Assembly: GCA_050257975.1 (NCBI GenBank)
Contig: JBLMXY010000001.1
Coordinates: forward strand, 15,125 to 79,124
Direction: 5' to 3'
DNA: 64,000 nt
Source of the DNA: Acidobacteriota bacterium
GTDB taxonomy: Bacteria; Acidobacteriota; Thermoanaerobaculia; UBA5066; Gp7-AA6
Every line of letters begins with the position of its first letter. The stretch's first letter is position 1. Positions 14,294-24,111 of this stretch are shown here, piece by piece. Position numbers and translations under genes: made by a program. Under the pieces are notes generated by a model. That model was not told the origin of the DNA. It was given only the letters and a program-made list of their open reading frames with translations, and made no database searches.

Positions 14294-15010
14294 ATGAAGC
14301 GCCTGGCGGGTCTCGTTCTGCTGCTGCTCCTGTCCGCCGCCGCGGCTTCCGCCTACGTCATCAAGTTGAAAGACGGCTCGATGCTCTTCGCCCGGATCAA
14401 GTACGAGGTCAAGGGCGCCAAGGCCATCATCACGCTGGAAAACGGCACCGTCACCCAGATCGATCTGGACAAGGTGGACGTGCCGGGCACCGAGGAATAC
14501 AACAAGAAGTACAGCGGCAACGTCATCGCCATCGACACGCCCGAGCAGAAGGTGCTGAACGCCCCGGGCGGTCCGCCCACGCCCGCTCCGAGGCTTCAGG
14601 ACCTTGCCCGGCAAAGCAGGCTGCGCGGCGGCGTGGGCGCGGTCGCGCCGTCGACCGGCTCCCCGGAGTCGGGCTCCTGGCAGCCCGTGGACGCGCTCGT
14701 GCAGGCGGCCTTCTCCAAGGTGTTCGACGGCGCCTCGATCCCGCAGTGGCGCCTGACCAACTACCGCGGCAAGACGCGGCTCCTCGTGACGACCAACAGC
14801 GAGCAGGCCGTCTTCAACGTCCTCTCGGCGGCCGCCCGGGCGATGCGTGATCTGTCGGACCGCGGGAAGGACTCCCCGATCGAGATCGTCCTCACGACCT
14901 CCACCAACGAGTCGGGGGGCAGTTTCGAGATGACTCCCGAGCAGGCCCGCCAGCTGGTCAACGGCACGCTGGCCGTCGGAGACTATTTCGTCGCGAACGT
15001 GATCCTGTAG
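14294..15010 (+). CDS. Secreted hypothetical protein
   Basis: GAGG RBS, Sec signal peptide ending ASA, gene-like codon usage. Confidence 0.8.
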   Translation: MKRLAGLVLLLLLSAAAASAYVIKLKDGSMLFARIKYEVKGAKAIITLENGTVTQIDLDKVDVPGTEEYNKKYSGNVIAIDTPEQKVLNAPGGPPTPAPRLQDLARQSRLRGGVGAVAPSTGSPESGSWQPVDALVQAAFSKVFDGASIPQWRLTNYRGKTRLLVTTNSEQAVFNVLSAAARAMRDLSDRGKDSPIEIVLTTSTNESGGSFEMTPEQARQLVNGTLAVGDYFVANVIL

Positions 15011-15077
15011 TCGGCAGCCGGCGGCCGACCCTTCGCGCCCGGGCCGCCCAAGCGCCGGCGGCCTTCGAGGAGGAGCC

Positions 15078-15518
15078 ATGGCGGAGAGGCCACCGCAGAA
15101 CTACGCGAACCACCGGCGTTTCGTCCCCCTCTACCACTTCGTTCTCTTCGGGATCCTCGTCGTCAACCTGCTCTGGTGCGTCCTGGGCGCCGTGCGCGCT
15201 TTCTCCTTCGTGAGCGCCTGGGGCGTCGTCATGGCGCTCGCCCTTCTCGTGATGTTCTTCTACGTGCGTCTCTTTCCGCTGACGGTCCAGGACCGGGTCA
15301 TCCGGCTGGAGATGCGCCTGCGGCTCAGGGAGGTCCTGCCGAGCGACTTGCGCGGAAGGATCCTGGAGCTGACGCCGTCTCAGCTGATCGGGTTGCGGTT
15401 TGCGAGCGACGCGGAGCTGCCCGAGCTGGTGCGCGAGGTGCTGACCAACGACATCGGGGAGCGCGAAGTCATCAAGCGCAAGGTTCGCGACTGGCAGGCG
15501 GACCACCTTCGCTGCTAG
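15078..15518 (+). CDS. DUF6526-like membrane protein
   Basis: GAGGAGG RBS; QNYANH..F.PLYHF, QDRVIRLE, LRFASDAEL, WQADHLR. Confidence 0.75.
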   Translation: MAERPPQNYANHRRFVPLYHFVLFGILVVNLLWCVLGAVRAFSFVSAWGVVMALALLVMFFYVRLFPLTVQDRVIRLEMRLRLREVLPSDLRGRILELTPSQLIGLRFASDAELPELVREVLTNDIGEREVIKRKVRDWQADHLRC

Positions 15519-15572
15519 GAACGAGGAAACGAAGACGCGGGAGGGCCGATCGCGAAGGATCGGGCCGGCGTC

Positions 15573-15893
15573 TCAGCCCTCGGTGTCCGGCACCGGCGTC
15601 AGGTGGTAGCGCGCGTCCTCCCCGACCTGCCGGCGGAAGCGCTCCGCGAAGGAGAGCATTTCCCCGGCCGTTTCGTCGGCGAAGATCCGCTCGACCCGAT
15701 ACATCGGAAAGAAGACCGTGGACGGGTAGGCGGAGAGCGGCTGCTTGCGCAGGATCTCGCGCAGCCACCCTTCGAAGCCGTCGAGCGACAGCCCCCGCAC
15801 GGTGATGCCGGCTGCCGTCTCGTCCTTCAGAAGGCCCCAAAACTTCTCCCGGGGGTTGGTCAGGTGCACGAGAACGAAGGTGTTCTTCTCCAT
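15573..15893 (-). CDS. Conserved hypothetical small protein
   Basis: PREKFWG...FFPMYRVERI; co-oriented after mce. Confidence 0.75.
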   Translation of the reverse strand: MEKNTFVLVHLTNPREKFWGLLKDETAAGITVRGLSLDGFEGWLREILRKQPLSAYPSTVFFPMYRVERIFADETAGEMLSFAERFRRQVGEDARYHLTPVPDTEG

Positions 15894-15912
15894 CGGGCGG
15901 AGCCTCGCCGGA

Positions 15913-16326
15913 TTATGGCGTCTGCCCGGGGTCTTCGGAAAGCTCGATCAGAACGCCCTGCCCGGCTTCCGGGTGCAGGAAGGCGACCCGCTTGCCTCCC
16001 GCGCCGGGAACCGGCGCGCGGTCGAGCAGCCGGAAACCCCGCCGGGCGAGCTCCCCGAGGGCCGCCTCGATGTCGGGCACCGAGAGGCAGATGTGGTGGA
16101 GACCCGGTCCGCGCCGGGCCAGGAACCGGCCCACCGGGGAGTCCGGCGAGACCGCCTCGAGCAGCTCGAGGCGGCTCTCGCCCACCGGCAGGAAGGCGGT
16201 CGCGACACCCTGGCTCTCGACGACCTCGCGGTGCGCGACCTCGAGCCCGAGGGCACGGTAGACGCCGAGGGCCTCGTCGATCGACCGGACGGCGATCCCG
16301 ATGTGGTCCACGCGGCCGACGGTCAT
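15913..16326 (-). CDS. mce: Methylmalonyl-CoA epimerase
   Basis: DHIGIAV, ELLE, GPGLHHIC, FLHP, GVLIELSE. Confidence 0.92.
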   Translation of the reverse strand: MTVGRVDHIGIAVRSIDEALGVYRALGLEVAHREVVESQGVATAFLPVGESRLELLEAVSPDSPVGRFLARRGPGLHHICLSVPDIEAALGELARRGFRLLDRAPVPGAGGKRVAFLHPEAGQGVLIELSEDPGQTP

Positions 16327-17285
16327 GCGCCCATCAGCCGGCCGTAGAGCCGCGCCGCGGCGGAGTAGGGGTCCTCCCGCCGCGCGAACACTTCTCCGAC
16401 CGCCTCCTCGAGCCCGTCCGGCTTCGGGGCGCTTTCCTCCACCGCGCGGCGAAAGCGCTCCCCGAGCAGCGCAAGCAGCCTCGCGCGCACGCGCCGGCGT
16501 CGCCGGCGGCTCCCCTCGCCGGTCGACTGCAGGAACTCGCCGTGCGACTCGATCGCCTCCAGCGCCTCCTCGACCCCTTCCCCGCGGGTTGCCACCGTGC
16601 GAACGATCGGCGGCCTCCAGGCGCGGTCGGGCGTGAAGTCGAGCATGGTCGCGATCTCGGCCGCGGTCCGATCCGCGCCTTCGCGGTCCGCCTTGTTCAC
16701 GAGAAAGACGTCGCCGATCTCGAGGATCCCCGCCTTGATGGCCTGGATGTCGTCGCCCAGCCCCGGCACGAGCACGACCGCGGTCGTGTCCGCCGTCTTG
16801 ACGATGTCCACCTCGTCCTGCCCGACGCCCACCGTCTCGACGAGCACGATTCCGTAGCCCGCGGCGTCGAGCACGTCCACGGCGTCGCCGGTCGCGCGAG
16901 CAAGGCCCCCCAGAGTCCCGCGCGTGGCCATCGAGCGGATGAAGACGCCCGGGTCCGTGAAGATCTCGGCCATGCGGATCCGGTCGCCCAGGATGGCGCC
17001 GCCCGTGAAGGGCGAAGACGGATCCACGGCGACGACGGCCACGGTCCGGCCGCGCCGGCGGTGCGCCCGGGCGAGGCGGGAGACCAGCGTCGACTTTCCC
17101 GCTCCGGGCGGCCCGGTGATTCCGATCACGCGAGCCTGTCCCGTTTTCGGAAAGAGCGCCCGCAGGATCTCGGGCGCTCCCCCGTCCTGCTCGACGGCCG
17201 AGATGGCGCGGCCGATCTCGCGCGCGCTTCCGGCCAGCACCCCCTCCACGATCCCGGCCGCCCCCGTAGCCGGGGCGGCCATCAT
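16323..17285 (-). CDS. meaB: Methylmalonyl-CoA mutase-associated GTPase
   Basis: GPPGAGKST, DPSSPFTGGAILGDRIRM, ETVGVGQDE, NKAD. Confidence 0.95.
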   Translation of the reverse strand: MMAAPATGAAGIVEGVLAGSAREIGRAISAVEQDGGAPEILRALFPKTGQARVIGITGPPGAGKSTLVSRLARAHRRRGRTVAVVAVDPSSPFTGGAILGDRIRMAEIFTDPGVFIRSMATRGTLGGLARATGDAVDVLDAAGYGIVLVETVGVGQDEVDIVKTADTTAVVLVPGLGDDIQAIKAGILEIGDVFLVNKADREGADRTAAEIATMLDFTPDRAWRPPIVRTVATRGEGVEEALEAIESHGEFLQSTGEGSRRRRRRVRARLLALLGERFRRAVEESAPKPDGLEEAVGEVFARREDPYSAAARLYGRLMGA

Positions 17286-18430
17286 GTTCTTTCCGAGAGG
17301 AGGCTCTTGGCGATCACGAGCTTCTGAATCTCGCTGGTTCCCTCGCCGATCGTGCAGAGCTTGACATCGCGATAGAACTTCTCGACGGGAAAGTCCTTGA
17401 TGAAGCCGTACCCGCCGTGAATCTGGAGGGCGCGGTCGGTCGCGCGCACGGCGATTTCGGAGGCGTAGAGCTTGGCCTGGGCGGAAAGGCGCGGCACGGC
17501 CTCCCCGGCGTCCTTGGCGGCCGCGGCGCGCTGGGTCAAGAGGCGCGCCGCGTCGATTTCGGTCGCCATTTCCGCGAGATAGAACTGGATCGCCTGGAAC
17601 TCGCAGATGGGGCGGCCGAACTGACGACGCTCCTTCGAGTACCGGAGCGCCGCCTCGAAGGCCCCGCGCGCGATGCCGACCGAGAGCGCCGCGATCGAGA
17701 TGCGGCCGCCGTCCAGGACCTTCATGGAGTTGACGAAGCCGTCTCCCTCCCGGCCGAGCAGGCTCTCCTCCGGGACCCGGCAGTCCTCCATGACGAGCGT
17801 GCAGGTGTCGGAGGCGCGCATGCCGAGCTTGTTCTCCTTCTTTCCGACGCGGATCCCGGGGTTGTCCAGCTCGACGATGAAGGAGGAGATGCCGTGCCGC
17901 CGCGCCGAGCGGTTGGTCACCGCCATCAGGACCGCGACGCCGCCGACCGAAGCGTTGGTGATGAAGTTCTTCGAGCCGTTCAGGACCCAGGAGCCGCCGT
18001 CCCGGACGGCCATGGTCCTGGTTCCTCCGGAGTCCGACCCGGCCTCGGCCTCGGTCAGCCCCCAGGCGGCGAGCCACTCTCCGGAGGTGAGCTTCGGCAG
18101 ATAGCGGCGCTTCTGCGTTTCGTTGCCGAACAGGAAGATGTGGCTCGAGCCCAGCGACGTGTGCGCGGCGAGCGCCAGCGCCACGGCCCCGTCGACGGAG
18201 GCCAGCTCCTCGACGATCGCGGCATAGTCCTCCGTCGACAGGCCGGCCCCGCCGTACTCCTCGGGGAAGATCGTGCCGAGGAAGCCGAGCTCCCCCAAGC
18301 GCCGGAAAACGTCCCGCGGAAACTGCTGCTTTTCGTCCCACTCGAGCACGTGCGGGCGGATCTCCGCCTCGCAGAACTCGCGCAGGGCCTGGAGAATCGC
18401 GCCGCGCTCGGCCGAAACGGTGGAGCTCAC
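17282..18430 (-). CDS. Acyl-CoA dehydrogenase (short/branched chain)
   Basis: LTEAEAGSD, LNGSKNFITN, QIHGGYG, IGEGTSEIQ. Confidence 0.95.
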   Translation of the reverse strand: MSSTVSAERGAILQALREFCEAEIRPHVLEWDEKQQFPRDVFRRLGELGFLGTIFPEEYGGAGLSTEDYAAIVEELASVDGAVALALAAHTSLGSSHIFLFGNETQKRRYLPKLTSGEWLAAWGLTEAEAGSDSGGTRTMAVRDGGSWVLNGSKNFITNASVGGVAVLMAVTNRSARRHGISSFIVELDNPGIRVGKKENKLGMRASDTCTLVMEDCRVPEESLLGREGDGFVNSMKVLDGGRISIAALSVGIARGAFEAALRYSKERRQFGRPICEFQAIQFYLAEMATEIDAARLLTQRAAAAKDAGEAVPRLSAQAKLYASEIAVRATDRALQIHGGYGFIKDFPVEKFYRDVKLCTIGEGTSEIQKLVIAKSLLSERT

Positions 18431-18461
18431 GGCGACGATTCTAGCGCGAGTCGCCGCCGGT

Positions 18462-20684
18462 TCACCGGGTCGAGGGCGGGCCCGCCGCCACGTTGGTGGC
18501 GGTCACGATGTCGATGCCGCTGTAATAGTGCCTCAGGATCTGGTCGTAGGTGTAACCGGCCAGGGCCATCCCGAACGCCCCGTTCTGGCAGAGCCCGACT
18601 CCGTGCCCCCAGCCGCGGCCCAGGAAGACGAACTCGGTCTCCCCCTGCGCTCCGCGCGCCTTCTGGATCGTGAAGAGCATCTCGGGCAGCCCCAGCGCCT
18701 GGCGCAGGTCGAACCGCTGCAGCGTCGCTTCCGCGGCGTCGGTTCGCACCTTGAGCTCGATCACCCGTCCCGCGGGGCTGCGCCTGGTCACGAGAAGGTC
18801 GCGCACTTCGGTTCCCGCGACACGGCCCCCCATTCGCCGGGCGAGCTCGGTCGCCGACACGCGGCGAACCCACTCGGTCCAGGCCGATTCGCGCTCGAAG
18901 GTCGGGCCGGCCGGATCGAGCTCCACCCACAGCGCCAGCGTCTGCCCGCCCCGCTTCCACCAGCGCAGCCGGTCGCCCGCGCGCAGCGTCAGGAATCCCG
19001 ACGGAAGAAACGCGTCGCCCACGCGGCGAGCCAGGGGAAGCTCGGGGTCGACCGGCAGGCCGAGCCGCCCGTCGGAGGTCTTGACCCAGAGGTTCGACCC
19101 TTCGCGGGAGAGAAACCGCCCGGAGGCTTCGGTGACGCCCGACAGCCGCAGCGCGGCCGACAGCAGCAGCCCCGCGTACTCTTCCTCGGAGAGCCTGCGA
19201 TCGGGCGGCGGCAGCGGCTCTCCCGATCCGAAGCGAAAGCGGAGGAGAAAATCGTAGGCGTCGCGCGCCGCGCCGCGAAGGCCCCCGGAGGCCGTGGGGT
19301 CCTCGCCGTCGTAGGAGACGGTCGGGGCCGTCAGGTGCTCGCGCGAGGCGGCCTCCAGGCCGAACGCGGCGAGGACGGAGGGGTAGACGGCCGCGGGATC
19401 GAGTGTCGGCGGAGGCGAACCCTTCCTCTCGACGCCGGCCCACTCCTGAGCCGTCGAGAGCGCGGCGCCCCGGACCGCCTTGCCCCGGGGCGCGTGCCGC
19501 TTCAGGACGTACCCCCGCCATTGGAGCCCCGTGCGCGCCCGCGGCGTCTCGCCCCGCGGCAGGCGCGCCCCCTCGACGCGCGTCGTCGAGAGCTCCCCGC
19601 AGTCGACCGAGACCAGGTAGGAAACCGGCTGCTCGCCGAAGACGTTCTCGACGTTCTCCGTGCGCCCGCCGCAGGTCGACACGAAGAGCGCGTCGGCGAA
19701 GCGGCCTCTGGAAGCGAGCACGAGCCCGCGCGTGCCGTCCACCGCGGCGTTGGTCAGGGGATCCTCCGCCGACAGGCCCGCGTAGACCTGGCACTTCGGC
19801 GTCCCGCAGAGATCGTAGCCCTCGGAATCGAACTGCCCCCGGTGCGCCATCGCGTAGGTGCGCGCGGCGACGGCCTGCGCCTTCAGGGCCTCGAGCTCGT
19901 CGAAGCGCCTGGGGCCCATCTCCGCCGGGACCACGCCGTAGAGGTATTCCTCCAGGTCGACCCGGTTGACCACGTTCAGGGCGCCGCGCGAATTGACGAG
20001 CACGCGCAGGCTGCCGCGGTAAGTCGCGGCGTCCACCGACACGCGCAGGCCGGCCGCGCCGGGATACACGTCCACGGGAGCGGGCTCGCGATGGCTCGCG
20101 CCCGCTTCGTCGGTGATCCGGAGGAATGCCGGCGCGGCCGAAGCCGGACCCTCGGCGACCAGGGCGTCCTGCCCGCTCGCCTTCAACTTCTCGGCCAGGG
20201 CCGCCGCCTCGGTCCGCGAGGCGAAGTCCCCGAGCAGGACCCGGTAGACCCCCCGATCCGCCGAGAACGCGACGGAAGAGGAGATCGAGAGCTCTCCGGA
20301 AAGGCGCGCGGCCACTTTCCGCGCGGTTTCCTCCTGGGAGAAGGCGCCCGCCTGAACGGCGAACCGGCGCCCCGCCGTCCCCTCGGGCGCGAACGCGAGC
20401 GGCCCGCGCAGACGCTCGGTGCGCCCGCCCGCGACGACGATCCACGGCGAGCCCGGGGAGCCAAAGGAGAAGGTCTCCAGGTCGCTCTTCAATCCGACGC
20501 GGTAGAGCGTCCCGCTCGGCGCCTCCTCGGCCGGAAGCGCCGTCCCGGCGCCGGGCGGCCCCGGTCGGGCCGGCGGGGCCTTCTCGCCCGGGGCGGCGGG
20601 CTTGGAGGTGACGCACGCGGCCAGGCACGCCACGGCCACCAGCGCGGGCGCCTCGCGACGGAGGAAGCGGCCCGGGAGCCTCAA
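18462..20684 (-). CDS. SPOR- and SpoIID/LytB-domain lipoprotein (peptidoglycan lytic enzyme)
   Basis: TTG overlapping upstream TGA (start uncertain); lipobox LAAC; SPOR motif VQAGAF; LEEYLYGVVPAEM, ALKAQAVAARTY, GWGHGVGLCQ.GA. Confidence 0.88.
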   Translation of the reverse strand: MRLPGRFLRREAPALVAVACLAACVTSKPAAPGEKAPPARPGPPGAGTALPAEEAPSGTLYRVGLKSDLETFSFGSPGSPWIVVAGGRTERLRGPLAFAPEGTAGRRFAVQAGAFSQEETARKVAARLSGELSISSSVAFSADRGVYRVLLGDFASRTEAAALAEKLKASGQDALVAEGPASAAPAFLRITDEAGASHREPAPVDVYPGAAGLRVSVDAATYRGSLRVLVNSRGALNVVNRVDLEEYLYGVVPAEMGPRRFDELEALKAQAVAARTYAMAHRGQFDSEGYDLCGTPKCQVYAGLSAEDPLTNAAVDGTRGLVLASRGRFADALFVSTCGGRTENVENVFGEQPVSYLVSVDCGELSTTRVEGARLPRGETPRARTGLQWRGYVLKRHAPRGKAVRGAALSTAQEWAGVERKGSPPPTLDPAAVYPSVLAAFGLEAASREHLTAPTVSYDGEDPTASGGLRGAARDAYDFLLRFRFGSGEPLPPPDRRLSEEEYAGLLLSAALRLSGVTEASGRFLSREGSNLWVKTSDGRLGLPVDPELPLARRVGDAFLPSGFLTLRAGDRLRWWKRGGQTLALWVELDPAGPTFERESAWTEWVRRVSATELARRMGGRVAGTEVRDLLVTRRSPAGRVIELKVRTDAAEATLQRFDLRQALGLPEMLFTIQKARGAQGETEFVFLGRGWGHGVGLCQNGAFGMALAGYTYDQILRHYYSGIDIVTATNVAAGPPSTR

Positions 20685-21418
20685 AACCGGGATCGGGTCT
20701 GCGCGCCGAGGATCTGCTTGCGGTAGTCCTCGCCGCGAAGCGGAACCATCTGGCACATCTCGTAGAGGCGGCTGCGGAGCCGGTAGTTGAGCCGGTCCTC
20801 GAGCCGGTCGCGCTCCCCCGAGGCGGAGTCGGGCTCGTCCTCGTAGTTGGAGGTCGCGATCGTGATTCTCTTGCGGTTGTAGCGCGTATTGAGCAGGTTG
20901 TAGAGCACGTCGAGCACCCAGGGGTGGGGCTTCGAGGCGCCGAGCTCGTCTAAGACCAGCAGCTCCGTGTCGGCGTAGGGCGTCAGAAGCGATTCCTTGG
21001 AGAAGTCGGCGTCCGGCCGGAAGCTCGTCTGGATCTTCAGCAGCAGGTCCGAGAAGTCGGCGTACAGCCCCGAGACGCCCTTCGAGAGGATCAGCTCCGC
21101 CAGCACCGCGCAGGCCAGATGCGTCTTGCCGCGGCCCGATGGCCCGACCAAGAGCAGCCCGTGCTCGACGGCCGGGTAGAGGTCGACGAACTCCCGCGCC
21201 GCGCGCTTGGCCCGCTTCAACTCCGCCCGCCCGAGGTCGTCGAAGTTCTCGATCGTGTCGATGCGGTAGCGCTCCGGGATCCCCGCCGCCTCGAGCTTCT
21301 GCCGGCGAATCGCCGCGGTGCGGCAGTCGCACGCCCGCGCCTGCTTGCGCCCTTCCGCCGAATCCAGGATCCAGCCCGAGTCGCCGCAGCGGGGACAGGG
21401 AGACGTGGTCGCCGCCAT
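20681..21418 (-). CDS. DnaC/IstB-family AAA+ ATPase with N-terminal Zn motif
   Basis: CPRC...CDC; Walker A GPSGRGKT; Walker B LVLDELG; TSNY; RLRSRLYEMC. Confidence 0.9.
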   Translation of the reverse strand: MAATTSPCPRCGDSGWILDSAEGRKQARACDCRTAAIRRQKLEAAGIPERYRIDTIENFDDLGRAELKRAKRAAREFVDLYPAVEHGLLLVGPSGRGKTHLACAVLAELILSKGVSGLYADFSDLLLKIQTSFRPDADFSKESLLTPYADTELLVLDELGASKPHPWVLDVLYNLLNTRYNRKRITIATSNYEDEPDSASGERDRLEDRLNYRLRSRLYEMCQMVPLRGEDYRKQILGAQTRSRF

Positions 21419-21436
21419 GCGGCCCATTCTAGTGGT

Positions 21437-21916
21437 TCAATTCTCCGGCAGCCCGGCCTCGATCACGATGCGGCGCCGGCGGGGCCCCTCCAGGTAGCGC
21501 TTCAAGTCCGCCAGGCTCGCGTCCCAGCCCGGCCCGACCTGCCCGCGATACCGGTCGTAGGCGGGGCCCGAGTCGGGCACCGTGTGCTCGACGGTCACGA
21601 CGCATCCCGCGTCGCGCTCGGCGAAGGTGAAGACCATCGAGAGCCCTTCGAGGGCTTCGCCGCCGCTCGGCTCGTAGAAGATGTCCCGGACCACCAGGCG
21701 CCGACCCCTCTCGAACTCCGCGATCTTGCCGAGCACGGTCGCCTCGGTTCGCCCGCGGCGGTCCGTGAAGCCGATCGCCCAGTTGCCGCCCGGACGCAGC
21801 CCCACCAGCGCTCCCTCGCACCACCAGGACAGCAGATCCGAGACCCGCGTCAGCGCGTCGAACGCGTCCGAGGAGCTGGCGGCGATCGAGACGGAGCGGA
21901 CGACCGAGAGGTCCAC
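21437..21916 (-). CDS. SRPBCC/AHSA1-like domain protein
   Basis: F.ALT....L..WW, LRPGG, C-terminal GW...L..LK.YLE. Confidence 0.8.
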   Translation of the reverse strand: MDLSVVRSVSIAASSSDAFDALTRVSDLLSWWCEGALVGLRPGGNWAIGFTDRRGRTEATVLGKIAEFERGRRLVVRDIFYEPSGGEALEGLSMVFTFAERDAGCVVTVEHTVPDSGPAYDRYRGQVGPGWDASLADLKRYLEGPRRRRIVIEAGLPEN

Positions 21917-21922
21917 GGCCGA

Positions 21923-21948
21923 ATTGTAAAGGACTCACCCGATATACT
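21923..21948. promoter_or_regulatory. Back-to-back -10 elements for SRPBCC gene (TACAAT, minus) and argS (TATACT, plus)
   Basis: 41-nt AT-richer intergenic gap; hexamers 6 and 9 nt from start codons, no SD. Confidence 0.6.
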
Positions 21949-21957
21949 GCCGCGCCC

Positions 21958-23994
21958 ATGCGCGCGCCGACCCTGGAAGAGCTCCGCGCCGGGCTCGAGA
22001 CGGCCCTCCGGGAAGCCGTCGGCGCGCTCTACGGCGCTGCCCTGACGCGTGTCGTCCTCGAGCGGCCCCCGCGAGTCGAGCTCGCGGACCTGGCCTCGCC
22101 CGTGGCCTTCGATCTCGCCAAGGGGCTTCGGAAGGCGCCGCGCGCGATCGCCGCGGAGATCGTCGCCGCGCTGCGGCTGCCCCCCGGAGCGCGCGAGGCG
22201 CGCGTCGAAGGCGGCGGCTACGTGAACTTCCGCCTCGCGCGCGGCCCCTTCGCCGCGGCGCTGCTCCAGGAGCCGGCGCCGTCCGCCGCCCGCCCCGGAA
22301 AGATCGTCGTCGAGCACACCAACATCAACCCGAACAAGGCGGCCCACATCGGCCACCTGCGAAACGCGGCGCTGGGCGACGTGCTCGTGCGCGCGCTGCG
22401 GTTTCTCGGGCACCCGGTCGAGGTGCAGAACTATCTCGACGACACGGGTGTCCAGGTGGCCGACGTGGTGGCGGGGCTGCTCCATCTGGGAGGGGTGACC
22501 ACTCTGGAGGCCGCGCGCGCGGCGATCCGCGAGGCCGCCCTTCCCTCCGGAAGCCGGCACCCGAAGGGTTTCGCCTACCTCTGCTGGGACCTCTACGCCG
22601 AAGTGGGCCGCACCTACGCCGAGCGGCCGGAGACCCCGGCCTGGCGCGCGGAGGTGCTTCACGCGATCGAGGAAGGCGACAACGAAACCGCCCGGATCGC
22701 GGCCGCGGTGTCGGAGGCCGTCTCCTCGGCCCACCTCGCGACGATGGGGCGGCTCGGCATCGCCTACGACCTGCTGCCGCGCGAAAGCGACATCCTGCGC
22801 AAGCGATTCTGGACGCGCGCCTTCGACCTGCTCCAGCGTTCGGGGGCATTGGTGCGGGAGACCGAGGGAAAGCACGCGGGCTGCTGGGTCCTGCGTCTCT
22901 CCGAATCGGAGGAGTTCGCGGGGATGGAGGAGCCCGACAAGATCCTCGTGCGCTCCAACGGCACCGTCACGTACACCGCCAAGGACATCGCCTACCAGCT
23001 CTGGAAGTTCGGCCTGCTCGGCGTCGACTTCGACTACGAGCGCTTCGAGCCCGACTGGAACTCGGGAGCGGTTTCGGAGGAGGAGATTCCTCCGGCCGTC
23101 CGCGCCCATCCCGTCTGGCGCACGGCCCACGCGCGGGGCGACCCGGACGCGCCGTCCTTCGGGCGGGCGAGCCGCGTCTACAACGTGATCGACGTGCGGC
23201 AGTCCTATCCGCAGAAGGTCGTGCGGGAGGGGCTGCGCGTGCTGGGGTTTTCCGCGGAGGCCGACCGCTCGGAGCATTTTTCCTACGAGATCGTGGCCCT
23301 CTCGCCGGCTGCCGCGCGGCAGCTCGCCGAGCGCTTCGGCGAGGAGTACCGCCTGACCGCCGAGGACGAGAAGAAGCCTTTCGTCGAGATGTCCGGGCGA
23401 AAGGGCCTGGGCGTGAAAGCCGACGACCTGGTCGAGATCCTTCTCGAGCGCTCGCGCCGCGAGGTGGCTTCCCGGCGCGAGGCCGGGGCGGGGTCGGCGG
23501 AGGGAGACGCGCGGGCGATCGCCGTGGGGGCGCTGCGCTACTTCCTGCTCAAGTTCGGGCGCAACAAGGTGATCGCCTTCGACTTCGACGAGGCCGTCAA
23601 TTTCGAAGGAGACACGGGGCCCTACCTTCAGTACTCGCTGGTGCGCGCGGAGAACATCTTCCGCAAGCTCGCGGAGAGGGGCATGTCGGCCGAGGCATCC
23701 GCCGCGGGGCTCTCCGAGGCGCCGTGGGAAGACGACCTCTGGTCGCTTCTGCTCGACGCCGCCTCGACCCGCGAGGTGGCCGAGCGCGCCGTGGCGTCGC
23801 TCGAGCTCTCGACGCTCGCCCGCCACGCCTTCACGATGGCGCAGGGGTTCAACCAGTTCTACCACCGCCACCCGATCGCCAACGAGCCGGACGAGGCGAC
23901 CCGGAATCGCCGGCTGGCCGTGGCGCGTATTTTTGCGCGGGAGATGGCGACGCTGCTGGACCTGCTCGGCATTCCCGAGCCGGGAAGGATGTGA
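21958..23994 (+). CDS. argS: Arginine--tRNA ligase
   Basis: NPNKAAHIGHLRN, MSGRKG, GDTGPYLQY, anticodon-binding C-terminus ending RM. Confidence 0.96.
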   Translation: MRAPTLEELRAGLETALREAVGALYGAALTRVVLERPPRVELADLASPVAFDLAKGLRKAPRAIAAEIVAALRLPPGAREARVEGGGYVNFRLARGPFAAALLQEPAPSAARPGKIVVEHTNINPNKAAHIGHLRNAALGDVLVRALRFLGHPVEVQNYLDDTGVQVADVVAGLLHLGGVTTLEAARAAIREAALPSGSRHPKGFAYLCWDLYAEVGRTYAERPETPAWRAEVLHAIEEGDNETARIAAAVSEAVSSAHLATMGRLGIAYDLLPRESDILRKRFWTRAFDLLQRSGALVRETEGKHAGCWVLRLSESEEFAGMEEPDKILVRSNGTVTYTAKDIAYQLWKFGLLGVDFDYERFEPDWNSGAVSEEEIPPAVRAHPVWRTAHARGDPDAPSFGRASRVYNVIDVRQSYPQKVVREGLRVLGFSAEADRSEHFSYEIVALSPAAARQLAERFGEEYRLTAEDEKKPFVEMSGRKGLGVKADDLVEILLERSRREVASRREAGAGSAEGDARAIAVGALRYFLLKFGRNKVIAFDFDEAVNFEGDTGPYLQYSLVRAENIFRKLAERGMSAEASAAGLSEAPWEDDLWSLLLDAASTREVAERAVASLELSTLARHAFTMAQGFNQFYHRHPIANEPDEATRNRRLAVARIFAREMATLLDLLGIPEPGRM

Positions 23995-24000
23995 AAGAAA

Positions 24001-24104
24001 AGCTCTCAGCCCTCAGCCGTCAGCTCTCAGCCAGAGAAGAGCTGTCGGCTCTCAGCCAGACATCCAGCCGAGAGTTGATCGCTGATCGCTGATCGCTGAC
24101 AGCT
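24001..24104. repeat. Heptamer tandem-repeat inverted hairpin (AGCYSTC / GCTGATC)
   Basis: agctctc agccctc agccgtc agctctc ... gttgatc gctgatc gctgatc gctgaca. Confidence 0.85.
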
Positions 24105-24111
24105 AAGCACC

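Noticed and set aside
20681-21418. IS21 element or prophage replication module
   Set aside because: No IstA transposase, terminal repeats or phage genes adjacent
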